From Tubiluchus corallicola (taxonomy: Eukaryota; Animalia; Priapulida): a stretch of 17,688 nt of DNA. The stretch is taken from positions 1-17,688 of the forward strand of contig JAQGDQ010002019.1 in assembly GCA_030141605.1 (NCBI GenBank), in the 5' to 3' direction. A program made the translations under genes and the position numbers. Shown piece after piece: positions 1 to 9,600 of the stretch. Numbering within the stretch: the stretch's first letter is position 1; every line of letters begins with the position of its first letter. Under the pieces are notes generated by a model. That model was not told the origin of the DNA. It did not search any database and saw nothing but the letters and a program-made list of their open reading frames with translations.

Positions 1-416
1 CTGTAACAAATAAGTACAGTAAGATTAGAGGGAAATTTAAGCTATATCAATGCTGTAACAAATAAGTACAGTAAGATTAGAGGGAAATTTAAGCTATATC
101 AATGCTGTAACAAATAAGTACAGTAAGATTAGAGGGAAATTTAAGCTATATCAATGCTGTAACAAATAAGTACAGTAAGATTAGAGGGAAATTTAAGCTA
201 TTTCAATGCTGTAACAAATAAGTACAGTAAGATTAGAGGGAAATTTAAGCTATATCAATGCTGTAACAAATAAGTACAGTAAGATTAGAGGGAAATTTAA
301 GCTATATCAATGCTGTAACAAATAAGTACAGTAAGATTAGAGGGAAATTTAAGCTATTTCAATGCTGTAACAAATAAGTACAGTAAGATTAGAGGGAAAT
401 TTAAGCTATATCAATG
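1..416. repeat. 52-bp minisatellite, 8 copies (runs off the left edge)
   Basis: Unit CTGTAACAAATAAGTACAGTAAGATTAGAGGGAAATTTAAGCTATATCAATG starts at 1, 53, 105...365; copies 4 and 7 share an A>T variant. Confidence 0.97.
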
Positions 417-1699
417 CGACTGCATGAAACATGGAAGCATTAAAATTGTATTATAAGTATGAATAAAAAATGGTCCTTTTCCAGTACTTTTTGAAACTAT
501 AAATAGTTTTGTGTATTTTTACTTGGGCACTTATTTTATTCCAGTTGTTGGGGGCTGTGAATTTAATAAAGTGTTTGAACTCAAACTTACAATGCGTTTG
601 AAAATGAGCTATGTGAAAAATTTGCCATAATTAAAAACAGTGTCATAGTGAAGTGTTTGTGTTTACGTGTGACAAAGCACGAAAAAATTGTCTATTCGTC
701 TAGTAAAAAAACAAAAATGACAAACACAAGAACTCACAGGTATATTAGTTTACTAATTTCACAAGCAGACGATAGCTTGAAAGCACAGTTAAATTAGTTT
801 ACATTTCCTCTGTTTAAAAAGGCATCTTAACTCAGCGCATTTAAGCTGCCAAATATAGCTCTAGCTTTGGAAGCCATGAAATAGCTTCCAGAATTCAACA
901 GGAATTGCTGTGCCGGTTCAATTTAGGGCAAAACAAAAATTCGACTAGTTTTACAAGCTTGCTAATTGCTATATAATAGAAAAATGTGTGTCTGACTTCA
1001 TAAGCAAAATCTTTTCGCTCGTAACTTTTCTCTATATGTGTGCTTGCATAGCAAAATCGTCCATAAGTCGGCAATTAAGTTTTTCTAGTTATTCAAATAT
1101 CCTGAATCTCATTTCACGAGGATCATTTTGATACTAGTTCATCTCATGTTATTTCTAAGCTGAGATAATCCACGCTGAAGTTAATATGCAGGCTGCGCAC
1201 AGAAAAACTTCATCTTGAAGAAAGCACTGTTAAAGTTAGTCATTGTTTTTTAAAAATGTATAAAACACTTAGCAACCGGTCGAATGGGTGGTTGCTATGG
1301 ACTATGCACATTCAAGCTATGTTTAAATCCACTAGAGGGCTCTTCCTGACGAAGATCTGGTCTTGGCTACAGAAAAAACCGGAAGCAAAATGAATGATTC
1401 CATGAGCTACTACCGGAATTTACAAGTTTTTTACAATTGCAGTACTAGTTTCTAATCAGAAAAGTGGGCAAGGGTTACAAAATTAAATTTTTAGTATTTT
1501 TGGACATTTTCTTGATAATTTGATGCTAAAATATAAAAGTCCAACATATTTAGCATTTGTTTCTATAAGAAAACGAAAAAATCAACATTTGACCAAATTT
1601 TTTGTGCATTCTTCTTTGAACCATCATAACACATTTCTAACTAAGCCGGCTTATAGATGCACACATATGTTCATTATGATTATATATTATAATGATTAC

Positions 1700-2150
1700 A
1701 TTCCAGAACAAGCAATCTAAAACAAATTGGGACAAATACCCACTATGGAACGAACTCTGTAATCAAACAAGCAATTCTACTTTGAAATTCTCTACCATTA
1801 CAGGTTAAACAAATCAAGTCCCTATCAGCATTTAAAACAAAATTAAAATCACTAATATTAACCAGATATGAAATACCATCACACCAGCACGACAACATAC
1901 ACACTAATTCAGAATTCATATATCCACGGCTACATTAATTAAATTATAATTTTTTCATTTTTTGTGCGTAGTTGTAAATACGTTTGATTTTATTCGTCGT
2001 TACTTTCCATTACTGCACAGTAGTTTAGATTGCACTGACGCATTTGCCTTTAGCAGTGTAAGCTTTTATTAACTAACACTGATTGATCATCTCTGTAAAG
2101 TTTTTATCAGTGATTATCAATGTATTTTAATGGCAAATAAAGATTATTAT
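1700..2150 (+). mobile_element. 5'-truncated non-LTR retrotransposon 3' end (CR1/L2 group), family 1, in intron 7
   Basis: Translates as ..TNTHYGTNSVIKQAILL*NSLPLQVKQIKSLSAFKTKLK.., the typical W-N-S-L-P...F-K-x-K-L-K ORF2 C-terminus with W changed to a stop. The 3' UTR ends GGCAAATAAAGAT followed by a TA-rich tail. The 5' boundary is approximate. Confidence 0.8.
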
Positions 2151-2226
2151 ATATATATAGTCACAGAGGTATATATAGTATATATAGGAAGTATATAGTA
2201 TATATAGTCATATATATATATACATA
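2144..2226. repeat. Interrupted (TA)n microsatellite
   Basis: TATATATA blocks between the LINE tail and the exon 7 donor. Confidence 0.85.
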
Positions 2227-2241
2227 CAGCATTGTACTTAC

Positions 2242-3070
2242 TCTCAGATGAAGATGATTCCTCTCTCTCCACAGATTTACTCGATCCTGCTCTGTCAGAC
2301 GACGAAGAAACGAATTCTTTCCGCTTCCACCCTGGAGCCCTGCTAGTTAAAGTGTTAAATTTTTCTTCCCACTTTTGCGACGAGAACTTTTGCGAAGCGC
2401 CACCTGGTTTTCGGAATTGCCTGTTCGTCCCGAGGTGCAAATTCGACCTGCTGCTTTGAAAATTTTCAGAGTACCTAGGACCATCGTCGTCGGCTAATTG
2501 GTCGTCGGTTTCCTTGCTTTTTACCTGTCTTCTTGCAGCATCTTTTTCACTGTGCTTATCGTTTCTCTGGCTCCTATTCAAACCTTCACCAGTTTCACTA
2601 AATTTGTCAGGAAATCTTTGATTCTGTTTGTCCGTTTCAGACGGGTTTTCACTAGGAGAAGAAACTGCATGTTTCCTGCTTTTTCCCTCATCGTACAAAT
2701 GATGAGTTTCCAAACTTTGAATAACTGCACCATGTTTTCTATCACCTGGATTACTTTTCCTATCCTGGATTACTGGATTGCTTTTCCTATCCTGGATTAC
2801 TGGATTACTTTTCCTATCCTGGATTACTGGATTACATTTCCTATCCCTTTCAAGTGAATTTTTCTGTTCATTGGACCATTCACTTCTCTCCATACGTCTA
2901 GGTTCTACTTCCGTTTTCCACCAACCCCTTTCCGTTCTCTCGGCTTGCTTGGGAGCTGTTTTCCACCGACCCCTTTCCGTTCTCTCAGCTGTCTTGGGAG
3001 CTGCACGGTCACTCGCATCAGCAGTTCTTCGCTCTGCAGCATCTAGCAACTTCTGTAGCTTGTCAAGTGA
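2242..3070 (-). CDS. CWF19L2: CWF19L2 exon 7 (SLDKLQKLLDAAERR...EESSSSE), long charged low-complexity exon
   Basis: Strong polypyrimidine tract and TTTTCTAG| at 3071; donor |GTAAGT at 2241; 829 nt, phase 1 end; overlaps ORF 2147..3049. Confidence 0.87.
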
Positions 3071-6000
3071 CTAGAAAAGAAAGAAAAAGAAGAAAAGTGA
3101 AAAGAAGAAAAGAGCAAAAGTGTAAAATGCATCCACAATCTGTTGCAAGTAAAACACTCGCTGGTTTTACTTTTCTATCAAAACATTCATTCCCCACTTC
3201 AACCTGAACTAACTTCTCTTGTTTAATCAAAACATTAACTTTACCTTTTTCTTTGAGGCAGTTTCAACTTCTACTTTTTTCTTCGAGGCAGTTTCAATTT
3301 CTACTTTTTTCTTTAAGGCAGTTTCAATTTCTACTTTTTTCTTTGAGGCAGATTCAACTTCTACTTTTCAGCCAATTCAAAAATTTAAAAAGAAATACAG
3401 AGCAATGATTCTCAACAAGTACAACACTTCCTAATTTCCCACACCTACTGCAGCAGTCGTACCACAATCCTGGTACAGATTATGCAAAACAAGGCATCAT
3501 TGATAAATCTTTAGAGCTGATGTCAACATAGCGCAATCTATTATCTTTCTTCCTATCATTTCCACTAACACATCCTTCTACCCTTCATGTGTGATCTAAC
3601 CTTTCTCCCAGTTCATTTTTTGTTCACTCATCCATTCTTTTTTTATCGCGTTCACATGACAGTGGGCTTATACAAGCCTTTGCTTCTCTAGCCCACTGCA
3701 GTACAATTATTCTTTTATGATAACGATAGTGTATGAAACATAACAATTTAATACAGTAGATGTAATAATTTTGATGTCACTGTGTGCTTAATGTCATTAT
3801 ATTGTACTGAATGTGATAATAATAATAAATAAATAAAAATAAATAAATAAAATAAAACTTTTTTCTTTGAGGCAGTTTCAACTTCTACTTTTTTCTTTGA
3901 AGCAGTTTCAACTTCTATAGGTTTAAATGACACCAAAAGTTGCTCATAAAACTCATCTTTTATTTCTGACTTTGAGCTTTAAAATACTTGCATCTCATAC
4001 ACAGCAAATAAAAAGTGTTTTTTAGGTTTTTATTATGATCACGTTCAGTACAATATAATGACGTGTAATACATGGTGACATCAAAATTGTTACTTCATAC
4101 TGTAATAATTTATTATGTTTCATACACTATAGTTATCATAAAAGAATAATTATACTGCAATGGGCTAGAGAAGCAAAGGCTTGCATAAGCCCACTGTCAT
4201 GTGAACCAGTGTTGTGGAGATCGCTGGCATCAATTAGAATTACATAGAACATTGTAGAATGTTCCGTTAGAATAATCGTCTTACCGAGTAGAATGTTGTG
4301 GAACAAAACTTCTAGAAGCTTCTCGGGCGCGCTATATAAGGCGAAGCAGGCCGCTGAGACGGAGGCACACAGATTCACACGGACGACACTTACACATTCT
4401 CTTGTATACTTGTATTTTCAGATACACTTAAACGTTTTCCTGATTTTCACATTTACTCTAAACATTTCGCGTTCCTTCATACTTTTGTGTTGTAGAATTC
4501 TCGCTTAATAAACTAGTTTAATTTGACGAAGTTTTTTCTGGTTGTCTCTACGAGCCTTGCAAGAGAAACAAAACGCAATTACCAGATAAAAAAGGAATTG
4601 ATGAGTGAACATAAAAAAAAGAACAGGGATAAAGATTAGATCACACTGGACCGGAAAAAGGATGTGTTATTGCAGGGGTGTGCAAATTGAGGCCCGCGGG
4701 CCACTTGCGGCCCGCCGAAAGGAATTTGTGCGGCCCGCGAAGAGATTTGTCAACCTAATGAAAGTGCAGCCCGGGCGATTAATTGAGTGTATCCAGCTGA
4801 AGCCCAAAGATAGTGCGGGTAGTTTTTTCTACTAGATCGGATGCCATTAACCCTTACAAGACGGTTGTAGCTTAATGTCACTCTACTACACAGACTGTGT
4901 GATACACATTACTAATATGCATTGTAATGAAATTACCACTATCTGTCCTGAAAGTAGAAATATGTGGTTTGTAATATAAATTTTAATAACTTCTAAAATA
5001 GTTTCTTGAGTGTAGTAGTAATGATGTACGCAGGTCGGATGCAAAAAAATCTTTATTAGGCCTTTCTGTACTTGGCTCCTTGATCAAACTGCCTGTGGCC
5101 CGCAGGAATTGCGGCAAAGTTTAATGTGGCCCGGTTAGTCAGTTAATTTGCACACCCCTGAGTTATTGGAAACAGAAGAGAAAAAAGACAATTGATTGTG
5201 CGATGTTTAGGGGAACCACTTACACCCCATCGTTCTGTAGCTACTTCTTCAAGACTTCTCCCTTCTGACTTTGCCTGCTCAATGGCTCTCTCGTAAGCTC
5301 TTTTAATCCACGATGCTCCGCCATCATTGACCTTTGCTAAAGAAGTGGACATTTTTTCGGATGACGTCTCTGGAACACCACAGCCGCCATGTTTCCAGTA
5401 AGGGTTCAACTCTCTTTCGTGCTTCCCAGACTTAAGCATGAAAAACAAAACAACATAAGATACAACTGCATGTTATGTAATGAAACGTAACATTATCAGA
5501 ATCATATATATGTATACATATAGGAAAACTATAGCAACTACCAGTGGAGTTGTGATGGGCCAATTATTTCTGTTAGGGTAGCAACTTTGTATAAAGGGCA
5601 GTTAAAAAAAGAAATAAAGAAGGGAGGAAAATGAAAAAACCAGAAATTGCAAAGCAAAAGAAATTATTTTCTGTTATTTGCGCCAGGGATGAGAATGACA
5701 AATTGCAAAAAACTCTGAAACAGTCCGTAGGCAGCAACAAATTGCAATTTTGCGACTATAGAAGCCTCTAAGTGGACTTAAAATATCAATTACCTTGTTT
5801 CATGCATAATTTAAAATACTCACCTTGTTTCATGCATAATTTAAAATACTCAACTATCAAGGATACACGATACCTAATTGTCTCAAAAACGCCTAAGTAC
5901 TAGCCGCTCCTATGCAAAAGTATATAAAAACTGTCTGCAATTGACTCAAATAACTCTGCACAATTGATTCTATATTTTTATACATAGAGATATACACATG

Positions 6001-6637
6001 GTTACACTGATGTACGTGATGTAAACAAAGTGACGGCCTGCCAACTAGCGGTCAGCTTGTGAAATAATGTACAGGGTCCGTACAAGCTTTCTCTACGAAT
6101 TACAAAAATGGTACTAGAGGTCTTTCAAAAACTCGGAATTCCGCATATTCCGAAGAGTGTTGATTCCTAGAAGCTGGCTGTTTCGTATATTTAAATTTGA
6201 GTAGATTGATGATTGAAGGGCTAATACAGTCTAGTTTAGAGTCATTTTAGACCTCTAAAATGCCTTAAATGCAGCAAAATTCATCTCTGGACCCAGCTAA
6301 TGGGTTCTCCCACACCAGCTAGTTGGAAATTAGGAAGATTATTCCCCCCCTCCACCCCCCCCCCATGTAAAATCTTTCACAACGTTACCAAAAAAAAAAT
6401 AAAAGGCTTCCAATACAATAGAATTATACCAATTTCTCTGTTTTCTATCACACAAATAAATTACTGGTCTATTTGTAATCAGTAAGCTACCTGTTCAATA
6501 GGCGAAGGCTTCGGTTCTGACATTTCCTTCTCTTGCCGTTGCCGTTCTTTCAGTTCGTGTCGTGACACCGTGGAGAACATGGCTGTCGAACCCAAACTCA
6601 TCCAATCATCTCGCTGTTAAATTGAAAGAAATGTAGA

Positions 6638-6672
<35 letters not shown>

Positions 6673-9600
6673 GTTGAATTGGTGCCAGCATATTCCTATG
6701 AAATTTTACGACAAACTGTTGCTAATCCGCGAATCGGATCGAATAATCATAAATGATGTTACCACTGCTATCTTGAATTTAAGATGGCAGATCAAAAAAT
6801 CTGACTGTGTTGGTTGATGTGTGATTTGTTCAGTATTTTTGTGATTTGTTGCAAATTGGAGGATGCTTACGCATTTTTTAAAATTATGTTATCACCACAA
6901 TTTAGTATATGCAGGGATGAGAAAGACAAATTGCAAAAAACTCTGAAACAGGCCGGGGTTTTGGGGCCACCTAGACCCCCAATGGGGTTGAGGGCAAAGC
7001 CCCCATGGGGGTTCAAGGGGGCAATGCAACAAATTGCAATTGAGAAGAAGAACAAGAACAAGAACAACGACGATGACGACTAGGAAGAGGAGGAGGAGGA
7101 GGAGGAGGAGAAGAAGAACAACAACACAAGAAGAACAAGAACCAAGAAGAACGACGATGACGGCAAGGAAGAGGAGGAGGAGGAGGAGGAGAAGAACAAC
7201 AACACAAGAAGAACAAGAACCAAGAACAACAACGATGACGACTAGGAAGAGGAGGAGGAGGAGGAGGAGAAGAACAACAACAACACAAGAAGAACAAGAA
7301 CCAAGAAGAACGACGATGACGGCAAGGAAGAGGAGAAGAAGAACAAGAACAAGAATAACGACGATGACGACTAGGAAGAGGAGGAGGAGGAGGAGGAGGA
7401 GGAGGAGGAGGAGGAGGAGGAGGAGGAGGAGGAGAAGAAGAACAACAACAACAACAAGACAAGAAGAACAAGAACCAAGAAGAACGACGATGACGGCAAG
7501 GAAGAGGAGAAGAAGAACAAGAACAAGAATAACGACGATGACGACCAGGAAGAGGAGGAGAAGGAGGAGGAGGAGAAAAAGAAGAAGAACAACAACAACA
7601 AGACAAGAAGAACAAGAACAAGAAGAACGACGACGGCAAGGAAGAGGAGGAGCAGGAAGAGGAAGAGAACAAGAACAAGAACAACATCCAGACAAGAAGT
7701 GAAATTGGGTTGAGCTTTCACTAAAAAGAAAAATCCATTAAAAAATATCAAATACCTTTAATGGTTCATCGTCTTTCCGTTCTACCGTTTCCTTTTCTAT
7801 CCAAACCGCTTCTTGCGCTTCTTCCTGTAATTTCACAAAAGCTGTAATGAATGAGGCACAAAAGCTACTTTACCACCAAGCAGTTAATCATAAATCTCTT
7901 TTCACAAACACTTACGTACTGTGGGCAATGAAATAGGGGGGAGAGCTGTTACTGAATTAAAACTTTACCCACAATTATTAAGCCTGTTAGCTTTTTCAAT
8001 CAAATAGTAAAAAACTATCATTAACAAGTCACCAGGAATTATATTATAACATCTATGCATCATGAGAAATTATATTATAACATCTATGCATCATGAGGAA
8101 TTATATTATAACATCTATGCATCATGAGGAATTATATTATAACATCTATACTATCAAGTACATAGATAGCATAATTATCAATACTAAAACACAGCGGAAC
8201 AATAAGCCTCGCTAGCCCACAGGTGTAAATGTTCAAAGCAGAACTGTCGCACACAGCTTAAATACAGAAAACTAGAACACTATTAATGTAAAAGGTCATT
8301 CAGAAGCAAATAAGTACAGTAAGATTAGAGGGAAATTTAAGCTATATCAATGCTGTAACAAATAAGTACAGTAAGATTAGAGGGAAATTTAAGCTATATC
8401 AATGCTGTAACAAATAAGTACAGTAAGATTAGAGGGAAATTTAAGCTATATCAATGCTGTAACAAATAAGTACAGTAAGATTAGAGGGAAATTTAAGCCA
8501 TATCAAAGCTGTAACAAGCCTAAAAAGGGAGGAAATGAGATGAAGAAATGAGCAAGAAGACACAATGTGATATTTGAAAGTCAAGTTAATCAACGCGAAG
8601 TAATTAGGGCGAACTTCGCGACACGTACAACAAAAAGATAAGGATAAGCAAGTTAAATAGAAATTTAGCAAAATAATAAGATAGGCACTAACGATGGCTA
8701 GTACAAATCCACAAATGCTTGAACAGAATAGAATAGTTTATTGTCCCTTTAGACATAACAAATACAAATAACAACAACTTTCAAATATAAATAGTGAAAC
8801 GGAATGACAGAGAGAGACATACGGTCATCACTGCTTGTTAAAGTGGCTAATGCTACTATCCTTATTTATAAAGAAAACTTCAAAATGAAAAAAAATCGTA
8901 ATAGTTGCATATTTAACACGTTTAGCAAACTTAACTAAAACAAATTTCAAGTAAAATAACAAATCAAAATAAAAAAGCAAATGAAAACACAATTGCAATG
9001 ATATATTCAAGCAATGAGAAACAAAAAAGTAAAGCAATGGAATTGAAAGCAAAACATAAATGAAATTTCAAAAATATAATCAGCTTTACTTGAATCTTTG
9101 CCAGAAAGTTTAATCACTTAGATGTAGCTGTTACGCCAGGGACGCAGTTACAGTACAGTAAGTACGTTACAATAGCAAGCAGGAGGTAGGGCGAAACTAC
9201 AGACAAAGCTACTTGCAGGGAAACACAGACTCCACCAAGCACGCCAAGCAATAAGTATCTTACAAGAATTTGTGCATCACACAAAAACAGATTTTCAACA
9301 TTTTTATCATTATGAGAACTTTGTGAGCCAACTTCTTTGCGATAAAATCAGCCGACTCTGAAGAAATTTTTGCTAATAAACAGATTTACGTGGTTTAGAA
9401 AAGCATACTTTTTAATTTTAATGCTAATTCACTTATTTTAGATTAATATTTTAAAATATTTTTTCTAATTTTCAACTGGACAAAGGAACTTAGGCATTAT
9501 TTCGTTTCTAAAATTGATTAAAAACCATTGCAAGGCATAGTAAGCTAATGACTCATATTTCTGTACCAGTAATACTACACCCATTGGTTAATAGGTTCAG

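Larger units (their letters stand above)
4020..5208 (-). mobile_element. Second, diverged copy of the family-2 LINE 3' UTR, interrupted by a solo LTR and a hAT MITE
   Basis: The reverse complement of 4027-4209 aligns to ~3645-3830, 4581-4672 to ~3563-3650, and 5161-5208 to ~3525-3568. Confidence 0.8.

Noticed and set aside
1-416. CRISPR-like array
   Set aside because: Units are contiguous and identical with no unique spacers, there are no cas genes, and the context is a eukaryotic intron.
2232-3074. Plus-strand ORFs, and their mirrors on the minus strand at 13942-14733
   Set aside because: Antisense shadows of exon 7 and its duplicate.
4136-4835. Short ORFs at 4136, 4293 and 4605
   Set aside because: They lie in LTR, LINE UTR and MITE sequence and show no gag, pol or transposase motifs.
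5684-6290. Complete hAT element from CAGGGATG to CATCTCTG
   Set aside because: Only 7 of 8 terminal bases match, the match does not extend, and there is no TSD.
6814-7751. Several long ORFs (poly-R/T, poly-L/V, poly-P/S)
   Set aside because: They arise from a stop-poor trinucleotide repeat inside intron 4 that is open in most frames; exon 4 joins exon 5 in frame without it.
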